From positions 1 to 49,524 of the forward strand of contig JAVEDJ010000012.1 in assembly GCA_030841025.1 (NCBI GenBank): DNA of 49,524 nucleotides. The letters are read 5' to 3'. The first letter of the stretch is position 1. The number at the start of each line of letters is the position of its first letter. Shown here piece after piece: positions 35,479-46,451 of this stretch. The stretch is from Actinomycetota bacterium. Lineage in GTDB: Bacteria; Actinomycetota; Actinomycetes; JACCUZ01. A program made the translations under genes and the position numbers. The notes below the pieces were generated by a model, which was not told the origin of the DNA, ran no database searches, and saw nothing but the letters and a program-made list of their open reading frames with translations.

Positions 35479-36101
35479 GGCGCGGCGCGGCGCGCCCGCT
35501 TGAGCGCCGCGCGCTCGCTGGTACGGCGCAGCCTCGCGGCGCGCAGGACGTAGTCCGCCCCCGTGACGACGGTCACCGCGACGGCGACGTACATCACCAG
35601 GAGGGCCACGTCGTGCAGGACGCCCTCCAGCGGCAGCACGAGCAGCCCGATGGCCACGGCCTGCATCAGTGTCTTCAGCTTGCCGCCGCGGCTGGCAGGC
35701 ATCACGCCGTGCCGGATCACGAAGAACCGCAGCAGGGTGACGCCGACCTCGCGCACGAGCACGACCACGGTGATCCACCAGGGCAGCTGGTCCAGCACGG
35801 ACAGGCCGACCAGGGCGGCACCGATCAACATCTTGTCGGCGATGGGGTCGGCGATCTTCCCGAAGTCGGTGACCAGGCCGCGCCGACGGGCGATCTGACC
35901 GTCGACCCGGTCGGTGACCGACGCGATCGCGAAGGTGAGGAACGCGCCGACCCGCCACCGGTCGCTGTCACCGCCGTCGCGCAGGAGCAGCACGAGGAAG
36001 ACCGGCACCAGGACGAGTCGGGCCACCGTGAGCGCGTTCGCGATGTTCCACGCGCTGACGGGGTGGTGGGTGATCTCTCCTGCCGGCAGCGGCTTGCTCA
36101 C
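35475..36101 (-). CDS. pgsA: CDP-diacylglycerol--glycerol-3-phosphate 3-phosphatidyltransferase
   Basis: CDP-alcohol phosphatidyltransferase motif [27 protein letters not shown] and multiple TM helices. The GTG start overlaps the rimO stop (GTGA). Confidence 0.88.
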   Translation of the reverse strand: MSKPLPAGEITHHPVSAWNIANALTVARLVLVPVFLVLLLRDGGDSDRWRVGAFLTFAIASVTDRVDGQIARRRGLVTDFGKIADPIADKMLIGAALVGLSVLDQLPWWITVVVLVREVGVTLLRFFVIRHGVMPASRGGKLKTLMQAVAIGLLVLPLEGVLHDVALLVMYVAVAVTVVTGADYVLRAARLRRTSERAALKRARRAAP

Positions 36102-37537
36102 GCCACGGCCTCGGCGACGAGGTCGGCGCCGTCGGTCCCGACCACGGTCGCCCGCACCAGCTGACCGACCACCAGCCGGCCCCCGCGGACGGTGGTGCTG
36201 CCGTCCACCTCGGGTGCCTGATGAGCGGCCCGGCCCTCGGCGGTGCCGTCCGGCTCGACCGACTCGATCAGCACGTCGACGGTCTCACCGAGCCGGTCCT
36301 CCGCCCGCTGGGCGACGAGCTCGTCGGCCAGCCGCGTGAGCCGCTCGACCCGCTCGCGCACCACCGCTTCCTCGACCTTGCCGTCGAGGCCGGCGGCCTC
36401 GGTGCCATCCTCGTCGGAGTAGCCGAACACCCCGACCGCGTCGAGCCGGGCGCCGATCAGGAACCGTTCGAGCTCGGCGACGTCGTCCTCGGTCTCCCCG
36501 GGGAAGCCCACGATGACGTTCGACCGGATGCCGGCGGCGGGTTGCGCCACCCGGATCGTCTCGATGAGGGCGAGGAACCGCCCCGTGTCGCCGAACCGGC
36601 GCATGCGGCGCAGCACCGACGCGCTGCTGTGCTGGAACGACAGGTCGAAGTAGGGGACGACACCCTCCGTCGAGGTGATCGCGTCGACCAGGCTCGGGCG
36701 CATCTCGGCCGGCTGCAGGTAGCTGACGCGCACCCGGTCGACGCCCTCGACCGCGGCGAGCTCGGGTAGCAGTGTCTCGAGCAGTCGCAGGTCGCCCAGG
36801 TCCTTGCCGTACGACGTGGAGTTCTCGCTGACCAGGAACAGCTCGCGGGCGCCGTTCTCGGCCAACCACCGCGCCTCGGCCAGGACGTCGGACGGGCGAC
36901 GCGAGACGAACGATCCGCGGAAGGAAGGGATCGCGCAGAACGTGCAGCGACGGTCGCAGCCGGACGCCAGCTTGAGCGCCGCGGTCGGGCCGGCGGACAG
37001 CCGCACCCGCGGCGGTCCCGACGCCGGTGCGACGCCGTCGGGGAGGTCGGGGACGGCCACGTGGCCCGGGATGTGGCCCGGGATGTGCTGCGTGCCGGCC
37101 TGCCGCTCGCTCGGTGCGAGCGGAAGTAAGCGGCGACGGTCACGCGGCACGTGCGCCGGCACCGTGCCGCCGTCGATGATGGTGCGCAACCGGTCGGAGA
37201 TGGACTCGTAGTCGTCGAAGCCCAGCACCGCGTCGGCCTCGGGCAGTGCGTCTGCCAGCGTCTCGCCGTACCGCTCCGCGAGGCATCCGACCGCTACGAC
37301 GGCGCGGGTACGGCCGTTGCCCTTGAGCTGCGCCGCCTCGAGCACCGTGTCGATGGAGTCCTTCTTGGCCGCCTCGACGAACCCGCAGGTGTTGACCACG
37401 GCGACGTCGGCATCGGCGGCGTCGACGACGAGCTCCCAGCCGTCGGCGGCGAGCCGACCGGCCAGCTCTTCCGAGTCGACCTCGTTGCGTCCGCACCCGA
37501 GGGTGACCAGCGCAACGCGCCGAGGGGAAGAGGGCAT
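36098..37537 (-). CDS. rimO: Ribosomal protein S12 methylthiotransferase
   Basis: N-terminus [16 protein letters not shown], radical-SAM cluster [11 protein letters not shown] and a C-terminal TRAM domain. It is distinct from the miaB paralogue at 11422..12903. Confidence 0.88.
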   Translation of the reverse strand: MPSSPRRVALVTLGCGRNEVDSEELAGRLAADGWELVVDAADADVAVVNTCGFVEAAKKDSIDTVLEAAQLKGNGRTRAVVAVGCLAERYGETLADALPEADAVLGFDDYESISDRLRTIIDGGTVPAHVPRDRRRLLPLAPSERQAGTQHIPGHIPGHVAVPDLPDGVAPASGPPRVRLSAGPTAALKLASGCDRRCTFCAIPSFRGSFVSRRPSDVLAEARWLAENGARELFLVSENSTSYGKDLGDLRLLETLLPELAAVEGVDRVRVSYLQPAEMRPSLVDAITSTEGVVPYFDLSFQHSSASVLRRMRRFGDTGRFLALIETIRVAQPAAGIRSNVIVGFPGETEDDVAELERFLIGARLDAVGVFGYSDEDGTEAAGLDGKVEEAVVRERVERLTRLADELVAQRAEDRLGETVDVLIESVEPDGTAEGRAAHQAPEVDGSTTVRGGRLVVGQLVRATVVGTDGADLVAEAVA

Positions 37538-37589
37538 GCCCGGAGTTTATCGGCGCGCGAGCTGCCGACCTGCCGATCGGCGGACCAGC

Positions 37590-38351
37590 TCAGCCCGAGG
37601 AGGGGTCCTGGGGGGTGAACTGCACCCGGGCGACCTGCCCGCGCCGGCCCGGGGCGCCCACATCGGTGCCGTTGACCCGCAGCGTGACCGCTCCGGCGTT
37701 GCCGACGACCAGCCGGATGCGCTGCCGGTCGGAGAACGTCTTGGTCTGGCCCCGCTGCAGGAGTCCCTGGAAGAGCTCCTTGCCGCTGGCCGTCGTGGCC
37801 TGCACCCAGCTGCGGTCGGTCGCCCGGAGCGCGACGGTCACGCGGTCGCGGGGCGCCTGCGCGACGGCGCTCGGGTCGCCGGAGGAGGCAGGCGCGGACG
37901 ACGGAAGCGCTGTGCCGGTCTCCGTGGTGGCGGGCGAGGACGATCCGCCCAGACCCTCGGTCGCGGCGCGGTCGGAGTGACCGGTGAGCGCCTGGGTCAC
38001 GCCGTAGATCAGTACCAGCACGAGCGCGGCGGCCATGGCAGCGCTCCAGTTGGGCCCGCGGCGCTCGGGCCGGGCGCCGGTCTCGGACTCGAAGACCTCG
38101 GACGCGCTGGGGGCGCTGGCGTGCACGTGAGTGGCGTCGTAGGCGTCCAGCAGGGGCTTGGGATCAGCTCCGACGGCAGCCGCGATGTTGCGGATGTGAC
38201 CCCGGGCGTAGAAGTCGCCGCCGCAGGGGACGAAGTCGTCGTGCTCGATGGCCTGGACGAGAGTCCGGCGGATGCGGGTGACCTGGGCGACCTGCTCGAC
38301 CGACATGCCGGCGCTCTGGCGCGCAGTCGTCAGGGTCTCGCCGATGGACAC
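37590..38351 (-). CDS. RodZ-like HTH membrane protein (DUF4115-type C-terminus)
   Basis: The GTG at 38351 is preceded by GGAGAGGAG. It has an N-terminal XRE-type HTH (SIGETLTTARQSAGMSVEQVAQVTRIRRTLVQAIE). It also has one TM helix and a C-terminal beta-rich domain (VTVALRATDRSWVQ...VVGNAGAVTLRVNG). Confidence 0.75.
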   Translation of the reverse strand: MSIGETLTTARQSAGMSVEQVAQVTRIRRTLVQAIEHDDFVPCGGDFYARGHIRNIAAAVGADPKPLLDAYDATHVHASAPSASEVFESETGARPERRGPNWSAAMAAALVLVLIYGVTQALTGHSDRAATEGLGGSSSPATTETGTALPSSAPASSGDPSAVAQAPRDRVTVALRATDRSWVQATTASGKELFQGLLQRGQTKTFSDRQRIRLVVGNAGAVTLRVNGTDVGAPGRRGQVARVQFTPQDPSSG

Positions 38352-38505
38352 GTGCCACTCCTCTCCGGGATGTAGCCGAGCTGCGAGCACTGGACGATTG
38401 CACGCGAAAGCCGGGCAAAACCATGGGCGGTGGACGGAAGTCTAGGCCCCTGCGGACAGTGTCGACCAGATGAGGTGCTGGGCTTGAGCGCGGCTGTGAC
38501 CCGCT

Positions 38506-41007
38506 TCACTCGCCCCGGATCGTGAACAGCACTCCGTCGAGCTCATCTGGCTTGACCAGCACGTCGCGCGCCTTCGAGCCCTCGCTCGGCCCGACGATGC
38601 CGCGGCTCTCCATCAGGTCCATCAGTCGACCCGCCTTGGCGAACCCGACCCGCAGCTTGCGCTGCAGCATCGAGGTCGAACCGAACTGGGTCGAGACGAC
38701 GAGCTCGGCCGCCTGGCACAGCAGGTCGAGGTCGTCGCCGATGTCCTCGTCGACCTCGCGCTTGGACGTGGCGACGGGCGTGACGTCGTCGCGATAGCTC
38801 GGCTCGAGCTGCTCCTTGCAGTGGCGCACTACCTGGACGATCTCGGGCTCGGTGACCCACGCACCCTGCATGCGCATCGCCTTGCTAGCACCCATGGGCA
38901 GGAACAGCCCGTCACCCTGCCCGACGAGCTTCTCGGCTCCGGGCTGGTCCAGGATGACCCGGCTGTCGGCGAGGCTCGACGTGGCGAACGCCAGCCGCGA
39001 GGGCACGTTGGCCTTGATCAAGCCGGTCACCACGTCGACCGACGGCCGCTGGGTAGCGAGGACGAGATGGATCCCGGCGGCCCGCGCGAGCTGCGTGATC
39101 CGCACGATCGAGTCCTCGACGTCGCGGGGGGCGACCATCATCAGGTCGGCCAGCTCGTCGACGACGACGAGCAGGTAGGGGTAGGGCGCAAGCACGCGCT
39201 CGCTGCCCGGCGGCGGCGTCACCTTGCCCGCCTTGACGGCCTTGTTGAAGTCGTCGATGTGCCGGTACCCGAACGCCGCCAGGTCGTCGTAGCGCATGTC
39301 CATCTCGCGCACGACCCACTGCAGCGCCTCAGCGGCCTTCTTGGGGTTGGTGATGATCGGCGTGATCAGGTGCGGCACGCCCTCATAGGCCGTGAGCTCC
39401 ACGCGCTTGGGGTCGACCAGGACCATGCGCACCTCGTCCGGGGTGGACCGCAGCAGAATCGAGGTGATCATGGAGTTGACGAAGCTCGACTTGCCGGAGC
39501 CGGTGGCGCCGGCCACCAACAGGTGCGGCATCTTGGCCAGGTTGGCGACGACGAAGCCACCCTCCACGTCCTTGCCGAGGCCCACCAGCATCGGATGGTG
39601 GTCGTTGCGTGCGACGGGTGCGCGCATGACGTCCCCGAGACTCACGACCTCCTTGTCGACGTTCGGGATCTCGATGCCGATGGCCGACTTGCCGGGGATC
39701 GGCGAGAGGATGCGTACGTCGGCGCTCGCGACGGCGTACGAGATGTTCTTGGACAACGCCGTGACGCGCTCGACCTTGACGGCCTGACCGAGCTCGACCT
39801 CGTACCTGGTGACCGTCGGACCGCGGGTGTAGCCGGTGACCTGCGCATCGATGTCGAACTGCTCGAGGACCTCGGTGAGTGACTCCACGACCGCGTCGCT
39901 CGCCTTGGACCGGGCCTTGTGCGGTGACCCCTCGCGCAACGTGTCCGCCGGCGGCAGCGTGTAGGTCACGTCGCCGGACAGCAGCAGCTGCTCGACGCGC
40001 TGCGGCACGGGCGAGTGCGTGGGGGCGCTCTTGTCCTCGCTCGCCGGCACCTGCTTGGCGCCCTTGGGCGGGAGGTCCCCGGTGGGGACGAGCACCGGAT
40101 TGTCGTAGGGCTGATCGGTCTCGGCCGGCTCGTCGTCCGTCAGTGCCCCGACGCGACGGCGCGGGCGGCGTCGCTTGAGGGGCTCCAGCGGCGCGATCGC
40201 TGGCTCCTGCGGGGTCTCGCCGGGTTCCTGCACCGTGCGGTGCAGCAGCTTGGCGAGGGCTGCCCGGGTCCGGCCGGGGACCGCATGCAGCGGCGTCGCC
40301 GTGACGACGAGGAGCCCGAAGGCGAACAGCAGCACCAGGAGCGGCACGGCCACCCACTGGGTGACAGCAGCGGCGACGGGCGAGGACACCAGGAAGCCGA
40401 TGTAGCCACCGGCGTCGCGCAGCAGCCGGCCGTCCTGGTCAGGTGGCGCGGGCAGGCCGCGCGCGATGTGCACGAGGCCCGTGGCCGCCAGGGTGAGGGC
40501 GCCCAGGCCGATGCCGATGCGCCCCCCCGCCTCGGCGTCCTCCGGATGACGGAGCAGCCGGATGCCGAGACCGGCCAGCAGCAGCGGTACGACGAGGCCG
40601 ACCCGGCCGAACGTCCCCGCCACCACCGCGTGCACGACCGTTCCCACCCCGCCGCGCAGCCCCCACCACTCGACGGAGGCCACCACGGTGGCCAGACCGA
40701 GCAGCGCGAGCCCGATGCCGTCACGCCGGTGCGCGGGGTCCAGGTCCCGGGCGCTGGACCCGATGCGCCGGACCAGCCCGCCCGCGACGTGGGCGATGCC
40801 GAGCCAGATCGAGCGCAGCAGCCGGCCCAGACCGCTCAGCAGCACGCCCCCGGAACCGCCGGAGCGGTGCTGGGCGCGGGACGTGCGGGTCGCGCGGCCC
40901 ACAGCCTTGCGCTGCCCGCCGGAGCGGCTCGCCGGCCGCTTCGCGGGGCGCGCGGCGGGTTTGCGCCCGGAACGGGCATCGGCGCGCGTCGGCGTACGGG
41001 TGGCCAT
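38506..41007 (-). CDS. ftsK: DNA translocase FtsK/SpoIIIE
   Basis: It has N-terminal TM helices and a Pro-rich linker. The motor domain has Walker [10 protein letters not shown] and Walker [12 protein letters not shown]. The C-terminus is a gamma winged-helix ([24 protein letters not shown]). The start is ATG 41007 or GTG 41049. Confidence 0.93.
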   Translation of the reverse strand: MATRTPTRADARSGRKPAARPAKRPASRSGGQRKAVGRATRTSRAQHRSGGSGGVLLSGLGRLLRSIWLGIAHVAGGLVRRIGSSARDLDPAHRRDGIGLALLGLATVVASVEWWGLRGGVGTVVHAVVAGTFGRVGLVVPLLLAGLGIRLLRHPEDAEAGGRIGIGLGALTLAATGLVHIARGLPAPPDQDGRLLRDAGGYIGFLVSSPVAAAVTQWVAVPLLVLLFAFGLLVVTATPLHAVPGRTRAALAKLLHRTVQEPGETPQEPAIAPLEPLKRRRPRRRVGALTDDEPAETDQPYDNPVLVPTGDLPPKGAKQVPASEDKSAPTHSPVPQRVEQLLLSGDVTYTLPPADTLREGSPHKARSKASDAVVESLTEVLEQFDIDAQVTGYTRGPTVTRYEVELGQAVKVERVTALSKNISYAVASADVRILSPIPGKSAIGIEIPNVDKEVVSLGDVMRAPVARNDHHPMLVGLGKDVEGGFVVANLAKMPHLLVAGATGSGKSSFVNSMITSILLRSTPDEVRMVLVDPKRVELTAYEGVPHLITPIITNPKKAAEALQWVVREMDMRYDDLAAFGYRHIDDFNKAVKAGKVTPPPGSERVLAPYPYLLVVVDELADLMMVAPRDVEDSIVRITQLARAAGIHLVLATQRPSVDVVTGLIKANVPSRLAFATSSLADSRVILDQPGAEKLVGQGDGLFLPMGASKAMRMQGAWVTEPEIVQVVRHCKEQLEPSYRDDVTPVATSKREVDEDIGDDLDLLCQAAELVVSTQFGSTSMLQRKLRVGFAKAGRLMDLMESRGIVGPSEGSKARDVLVKPDELDGVLFTIRGE

Positions 41008-41185
41008 GGCGGGAGCGTACCCGCCCGTCCCGTCAGTCACAGCAGTCACAGCAGTATCGCGCCCGCGTGTCGGTTCCCGGCCAGAGCGCCCCGAGCGCGA
41101 CCCTGTCGAGATCGCGCGTTCAGGGCAGATGTCGCAGTGGCTCCAGGACCTGCCCGCAACTGGCGATCACCGGGTCGGCAGGCGG

Positions 41186-42871
41186 TCAGACCTCGACGAC
41201 GAGCGGAATGATCATCGGGCGGCGGCGGTAGCGGTCGCTGACCCACTTGCCGGCCGTGCGGCGCACCAGCTGCTGGAGCTGGTGGTTGTCGCCGATGCCC
41301 TCGGACGCGGCCACGTCCAGGGCCTGCTCGATGAGGGTGCGCAGCTCGTCGAACACCGAGTCGTCCTCGGCGAAGCCCCGAGCGTGGATCTCCGGGCCGC
41401 CGGCGATCTTGCCGGTGACCGAGTCGGCCACCACGACGATCGAGATGAAGCCTTCGTCGCGCAGGATGCGCCGATCCTTCAGGGACGCCTCGGTGACGTC
41501 GCCGACGCTCGACCCGTCGACGTAGACGTAGCCGCAGGGCACCTTCCCGGTGATGCGCGCGCGTCCCTCGACCAGGTCGACGACGACGCCGTCCTCGGCC
41601 AGCACGGTGCGGTCGCGAGCCACGCCGGTCAGGACCGCGAGGTCGGCGTTCGCGCGCATGTGCCGCCACTCGCCGTGGACGGGCATGACGTTGCTCGGCC
41701 GCACCACGTTGTAGAGGTAGAGCAGCTCGCCGGCGGAGGCATGGCCGGAGACGTGCACGAGGGCGTTGCCCTTGTGCACCACGTTGGCGCCCCACCGGCT
41801 CAGTCCGTTGATGACCCGATAGACGGAGTTCTCGTTGCCGGGGATCAACGAGGAGGCGAGGATCACGGTGTCGCCCTCGCCGATGCGGATGAAGTGGTCG
41901 CGGTTGGCGATCCGCGAGAGCGCCGACATCGGCTCGCCCTGGGAGCCGGTGCACACGAGCACGATCTGGTCGTCGGGCAGGTCGTCGAGCTGTTTGACGT
42001 CGACGAGCAGCCCACCGGGGACCCGGAGATAGCCCAGGTCGCGAGCGACGCCCATGTTGCGCACCATCGAGCGCCCCACGAACGCAACCTTGCGCCCGTG
42101 CCGCTGCGCCGTGTCGAGGATCTGCTGCACGCGGTGCACGTGGCTGGCGAAGCACGCCACGATGACGCGCCGCTGGGCCTCATGGAAGACCCTGTCGAGC
42201 ACCGGTGCGATGTCGCGCTCAGGCGTCGTGAAGCCGGCCACCTCGGCGTTGGTCGAGTCCGACAGCAGCAGGTCGACACCCTCGTCGGCCAGCCGGGCGA
42301 AGGCCCGCAGGTCGGTCAGCCGGTGGTCGAGCGGCAGCTGGTCCATCTTGAAGTCGCCGGTGTGGATCGTCAGACCGGCGCCGGTCCGGATCGCGACGGC
42401 CAGCGCGTCGGGGATCGAGTGGTTGACCGCGACGAACTCGCAGTCGAAGGGCCCGAGCTGCTCGCGCTGGCCCTCCTTCACCTCGAGGGTGTAGGGCTTG
42501 ATGCGGTGCTCCTGCAGCTTCGCCTCGATCATGGCGAGGGTGAGCCGAGAGCCGATCAGCGGGATGTCGGCCTTCTCGCGCAACAGATACGGCACCGCGC
42601 CGATGTGGTCCTCGTGCCCGTGCGTGAGCACGATGGCATCGACCAGGTCGAGCCGGTCCCTGATGTACTCGAAGTCCGGGAGGATCAGGTCGATCCCCGG
42701 CTGGAAGTCCTCCGGGAACAACACGCCGCAGTCGACGACCAGCAAGCGCCCGGCGTACTCGAAGACGGTCATGTTGCGCCCGACCTCGCCGAGACCACCG
42801 AGGGCGACGACCCGCAGACCCCCGGCGGGCAGCTCGGGCGGCGGCCCGAGCTCTGGGTGCGGGTGGCTCAC
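41186..42871 (-). CDS. rnj: Ribonuclease J
   Basis: The GTG at 42871 overlaps the dapA stop (GTGA). It has the metallo-beta-lactamase motif LTHGHEDHIG and beta-CASP and RNase J C-terminal regions. 561 aa. Confidence 0.92.
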   Translation of the reverse strand: MSHPHPELGPPPELPAGGLRVVALGGLGEVGRNMTVFEYAGRLLVVDCGVLFPEDFQPGIDLILPDFEYIRDRLDLVDAIVLTHGHEDHIGAVPYLLREKADIPLIGSRLTLAMIEAKLQEHRIKPYTLEVKEGQREQLGPFDCEFVAVNHSIPDALAVAIRTGAGLTIHTGDFKMDQLPLDHRLTDLRAFARLADEGVDLLLSDSTNAEVAGFTTPERDIAPVLDRVFHEAQRRVIVACFASHVHRVQQILDTAQRHGRKVAFVGRSMVRNMGVARDLGYLRVPGGLLVDVKQLDDLPDDQIVLVCTGSQGEPMSALSRIANRDHFIRIGEGDTVILASSLIPGNENSVYRVINGLSRWGANVVHKGNALVHVSGHASAGELLYLYNVVRPSNVMPVHGEWRHMRANADLAVLTGVARDRTVLAEDGVVVDLVEGRARITGKVPCGYVYVDGSSVGDVTEASLKDRRILRDEGFISIVVVADSVTGKIAGGPEIHARGFAEDDSVFDELRTLIEQALDVAASEGIGDNHQLQQLVRRTAGKWVSDRYRRRPMIIPLVVEV

Positions 42872-43785
42872 GGGGTGAGCCCGCTGGCGCTCACGACCTG
42901 CCGCAGCGCCTGGACCTCGTCGTCGGAGGCCTCCCACAGGGGCGGTCGCATGGTGCGTGTGCCGATGACCCCCGCGGCGTGGACCATCGCCTTCGCGGTG
43001 ATGGCACCCTGCGAGGCCCGGCTCATGATGGCCCCGACGACGGGCAGCAGCTGCCGGTGCACGCGCAGGGCAGTGGCCAGGTCGCTGCGCTCGACCGCCG
43101 CCACCATCGCGGCGTACTCCGCCGCCGCCACATGGCCGACGACGCTGATGACACCCACGGCGCCGTGCGTCAACCACGCCAGGTTGAGGGCGTCGTCACC
43201 GGAGTAGTAGGCCAGCCCCGTCTCGGCCACCACCCGCGAGCCTTCGAACACGTCGCCCTTGGCGTCCTTGACCGCCACGATGCGATCGTGCTGCGCCAGC
43301 GCGACCAGGGAGTCGAACTCGATCGGCGTGCCGGTGCGCCCGGGGATGTCGTAGAGCATCACCGGAAGGCCGGTGGCCTCCGCGGCCATCTGGAAGTGCC
43401 GCACCAGGGCGGGCTGGGGTGGCTTGTTGTAGTACGGGGTCACGACCAGCAGGCCGTGCGCGCCGGCCTTCTCGGCTGACCGTGCCAGCTCGACGGTGTG
43501 CTGGCTGTCGTTGGTGCCCACGCCGGCGACGACCCGGGCCCGGTCGCCCACCGCCTCGACGACGGCGCGCACCAGCCGCTCCTTCTCGGAGTCCGACGTC
43601 GTGGGTGACTCACCGGTGGTGCCGTTGACCACGAGGCCGTCGTTGCCACGGTCCACCAGATGGGTGGCCAGGGCCCGGGCGCCGTCGAGGTCGAGGTCGC
43701 CGTCACTGGTGAACGGGGTCACCATCGCGGTCAGCACACGGCCGAAGGAGGCGCGGGCGAGATCGTCTGCCGGGCGTGGAGGCAT
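42868..43785 (-). CDS. dapA: 4-hydroxy-tetrahydrodipicolinate synthase
   Basis: AMVTPF, GTTGESPT and the catalytic-Lys region IVAVKDAKG. Confidence 0.92.
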   Translation of the reverse strand: MPPRPADDLARASFGRVLTAMVTPFTSDGDLDLDGARALATHLVDRGNDGLVVNGTTGESPTTSDSEKERLVRAVVEAVGDRARVVAGVGTNDSQHTVELARSAEKAGAHGLLVVTPYYNKPPQPALVRHFQMAAEATGLPVMLYDIPGRTGTPIEFDSLVALAQHDRIVAVKDAKGDVFEGSRVVAETGLAYYSGDDALNLAWLTHGAVGVISVVGHVAAAEYAAMVAAVERSDLATALRVHRQLLPVVGAIMSRASQGAITAKAMVHAAGVIGTRTMRPPLWEASDDEVQALRQVVSASGLTP

Positions 43786-43794
43786 GGACCCACG

Positions 43795-44319
43795 CTACTC
43801 GGCGCGGCCGACCTGGTCGCCTGCGACCGGCGCACGGATGTACGTGGCGGTCCGGTAGTGCAGACCGACGCGGGACCGCAGCCAGCCCGTCTCGGGCCGG
43901 CGGTCGTGCACCAGCCACTCGCTGCCGAGCCGGGGCGCCCGCACGTCGCCGGCAAAGCTGTCCTGCAGCTCGGTCACGTCCACCCGGTCCGCGTAGGCCA
44001 GAGCGTCCTGGTAGACGCTGGCTCCGCCGATGACCCACACGTCGCCTGATGTCTTGTCGAGCGCGTCCGGGAGGGAACGGGCGACCGTCGCCCCGGCCGC
44101 CTGCCAGCCCGGCTGCCGACTCAGGACGACGTTGTCGCGGCCTGGCAGCGGGCGCACCTTCTCGGGCAGGGAGTCCCACGTCACTCGTCCCATCACCACG
44201 GTGCAGCCGAGCGTCAGGTCGCGGAACCGGGCGAGGTCCTCGGGCAGGTGCCACGGGAGCTCGCCGTGGGCACCGATGACGCCGTTGGCCGCCTGGGCCC
44301 AGATGAGGCCGACGGTCAC
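43795..44319 (-). CDS. folA: Dihydrofolate reductase
   Basis: [34 protein letters not shown]. The GTG start overlaps the thyA stop (GTGA). Confidence 0.9.
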   Translation of the reverse strand: MTVGLIWAQAANGVIGAHGELPWHLPEDLARFRDLTLGCTVVMGRVTWDSLPEKVRPLPGRDNVVLSRQPGWQAAGATVARSLPDALDKTSGDVWVIGGASVYQDALAYADRVDVTELQDSFAGDVRAPRLGSEWLVHDRRPETGWLRSRVGLHYRTATYIRAPVAGDQVGRAE

Positions 44320-45122
44320 ACGGCTACCGGCGCCTTGAGCGCCGGATGGTGCTGGTAGTCGACGAGCTCCATGTCCTCGAACGCGTAGTCGAACAACGAG
44401 CGCGCGGGTCGCAGTCGCAGCTGCGGAAAGGCGTACGGCTCACGGGAGAGCTGTTCCCGGACCTGGTCGACGTGGTTGTCGTAGATGTGACAGTCGCCGC
44501 CGGTCCACACGAGCTCGCCGACCCCGAGCCCCGCCTGCTGCGCGAACATGTGGGTCAGCAGGGCATAGCTGGCGATGTTGAACGGGACACCGAGGAACAG
44601 GTCGGCACTGCGCTGGTAGAGGTGACAGGACAGCCGGCCGCCGGCCACGTAGAACTGGAACATGGCGTGGCACGGGGGCAGCGCCATCTGCGGGATCTCG
44701 CCGACGTTCCAGGCGGAAACGACCATGCGGCGCGAGCTCGGGTCCGTGCGCAGCAGGTGCAGCACCTCGCTGATCTGGTCCACGTGCCTCCCGTCCGGGG
44801 TCGGCCACGAGCGCCACTGCACGCCGTAGACGGGCCCGAGGTCGCCGTCCGGACCGGCCCACTCGTCCCAGATGGTGACACCGTGCTCCTGCAGCCAGCC
44901 CACGTTGCCATCCCCGCGCAGGAACCAGAGCAGCTCGTAGGCAACGGACCGGAAGTGGACCCGCTTGGTCGTGATCAGCGGGAAACCGAGCCCCAGGTCC
45001 AAGCGCAGCTGCTGGGCGAACACGCTGCGGGTGCCGGTGCCGGTGCGGTCGGACCTCGGTTCGCCCTCCGCCATGACGCGGCGCAGCAGCTGCTCGTACT
45101 GGCTGTCCGGTTGGTGCGTCAC
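44316..45122 (-). CDS. thyA: Thymidylate synthase (ThyA type)
   Basis: GTG at 45122 ([13 protein letters not shown]), DRTGTGT and the catalytic Cys in [12 protein letters not shown]. 268 aa. Confidence 0.93.
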   Translation of the reverse strand: MTHQPDSQYEQLLRRVMAEGEPRSDRTGTGTRSVFAQQLRLDLGLGFPLITTKRVHFRSVAYELLWFLRGDGNVGWLQEHGVTIWDEWAGPDGDLGPVYGVQWRSWPTPDGRHVDQISEVLHLLRTDPSSRRMVVSAWNVGEIPQMALPPCHAMFQFYVAGGRLSCHLYQRSADLFLGVPFNIASYALLTHMFAQQAGLGVGELVWTGGDCHIYDNHVDQVREQLSREPYAFPQLRLRPARSLFDYAFEDMELVDYQHHPALKAPVAV

Positions 45123-45223
45123 GCCGCCAATCGTAGGGCTACGGCGTTTCGCCGAGCGCCCCGAGCGGGTACGACACGCGCGGGACAGGACACTCCGGAA
45201 GTGCATTCATAACTTAGATGGGT

Positions 45224-45229
45224 TAGATT
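45224..45229 (+). promoter_or_regulatory. Candidate -10 hexamer for a leaderless acyltransferase mRNA, within an AT-rich patch
   Basis: TAGATT lies 7 nt upstream of the ATG at 45237 and no SD is present. The local sequence CATTCATAACTTAGATGGGTTAGATTCTAGACAATG is strikingly AT-rich for this genome and contains TTAGAT twice. Confidence 0.4.
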
Positions 45230-45236
45230 CTAGACA

Positions 45237-46451
45237 ATGTCTGTTGCCGCCGCCGCTCGCGCCCACGTCGAGGCCTCCCCCAGGGAGGCGAAGCCGGCCC
45301 GTGACCCCTGGCCGGACAACGCCAAGCTGGCGCTCATCGTGCTGGTCGCCGTCGGCCACCTGCTGAGCAAGGGCATCACCGGCCGGGTGCCGGCCGCATC
45401 TGCGCTGTACGTCTGGATCTATCTGTTCCACATGCCGGCGTTCATCTTCCTGGCCGGGTACTTCAGCCGCGGGCGCACGCTCAGCGAGCGCACCCTGCAG
45501 AGCGTCGTGACCCGCCTCCTCGTACCGTTCGTGATCTTCACCGTGCTCTACGCCGTGGCGCTCCGGCTCGGGACCGGCCAGGCACTGCGCATCGACGTGG
45601 TCGACCCGTACTGGCTTCTCTGGTTCCTCCCGGCGCTCGCCGCGTGGCGCCTGCTGGTCCCCATCTACCTGAACCTGCGCTGGCCGCTCGCCATCGCGGT
45701 CGGCATCGGGCTCGGCGTCGGCATGCTCGACCGGATAGCCCAGGACTTCACCCTCTCGCGCATCTTCGCGCTGGCGCCGTTCTTCGTGCTGGGAGCACTC
45801 ACCACGCCGGAGCGCCTCCGTGCGCTGCAGCAGCCACTGGCCAGGGTCGTCGGCGCGGCCGTGCTGGTACTCGCGCTGGCTGTCATCGCCGTCTGGCATG
45901 AGCGCATCGGAACCCCGAGCGCCATCTACTGGAACGACGACTACGCCGCACAAGGCCTGACGACGCTGCCCGGCCTGGGAGTCCGGCTGCTGATGTACGT
46001 CGTCGGGACCGTGCTGCTGCTCGCGGTGCTCGCGGTGGTCCCGACGCGGCGCACCTGGCTGACCGGGATCGGGGCGGCTTCCCTGTACGTCTACCTGCTG
46101 CACGGCTTCCTGGTCCGCGGCGCGAGCAGCGTGGGCCTGCTCGACCACGTGACCAACCTGGCCGGCGTCGCGGCGCTGGTCGTGGTCAGCACCGGCGTCT
46201 GCCTGCTGCTCGGCTCGCCCCCGGTCCGCAGGCTCACGCGACCGTTCGTGGAGCCCCGGCTGCAGTGGCTGCTCCGCCGCGACGACGAACAGAAGGCAGA
46301 CACCGTCGACATCCGCCGACCAGACGCCCGGCCGGACGGGCGACAGAACGGCGATCACTGGTCGAAGTCGAGCACGACCTCATCGGTGAGCGGGACCGAC
46401 TGGCAGGCGAGCACGAAGCCGCCCGCGAGCTCGTCGGGCTCCAGCGCGTAG
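45237..46451 (+). CDS. Acyltransferase family (acyltransferase_3 / OafA-like) membrane protein
   Basis: 404 aa with about 10 TM helices. The N-terminal pattern NAKLALIVLVAVGHLL...YLFHMPAFIFLAGYF is typical of acyltransferase_3. The 3' end overlaps the paaE 3' end by 97 nt. Confidence 0.75.
   Translation: MSVAAAARAHVEASPREAKPARDPWPDNAKLALIVLVAVGHLLSKGITGRVPAASALYVWIYLFHMPAFIFLAGYFSRGRTLSERTLQSVVTRLLVPFVIFTVLYAVALRLGTGQALRIDVVDPYWLLWFLPALAAWRLLVPIYLNLRWPLAIAVGIGLGVGMLDRIAQDFTLSRIFALAPFFVLGALTTPERLRALQQPLARVVGAAVLVLALAVIAVWHERIGTPSAIYWNDDYAAQGLTTLPGLGVRLLMYVVGTVLLLAVLAVVPTRRTWLTGIGAASLYVYLLHGFLVRGASSVGLLDHVTNLAGVAALVVVSTGVCLLLGSPPVRRLTRPFVEPRLQWLLRRDDEQKADTVDIRRPDARPDGRQNGDHWSKSSTTSSVSGTDWQASTKPPASSSGSSA

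Noticed and set aside
41034-41055. 9-bp tandem repeat CAGTCACAG x2.5 near the ftsK start
   Set aside because: It is too short to distinguish from chance. It lies in the ambiguous region between the two candidate ftsK starts and has no evident function.
40562-43207. 881-aa plus-strand ORF across ftsK 5' end, rnj and dapA. Similar long antisense ORFs: 6784..8886, 20379..22589, 27784..29790, 38821..39882
   Set aside because: All are antisense to strongly supported genes, lack motifs, and show the Arg/Pro/Gly-rich composition of out-of-frame GC-rich translation.
45123-45200. Folate or ZTP-type riboswitch in the thyA-folA leader
   Set aside because: I recognised no match to the ZTP (pfl) or THF conserved cores. 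Only a small GGCG-AAA-CGCC hairpin is present.
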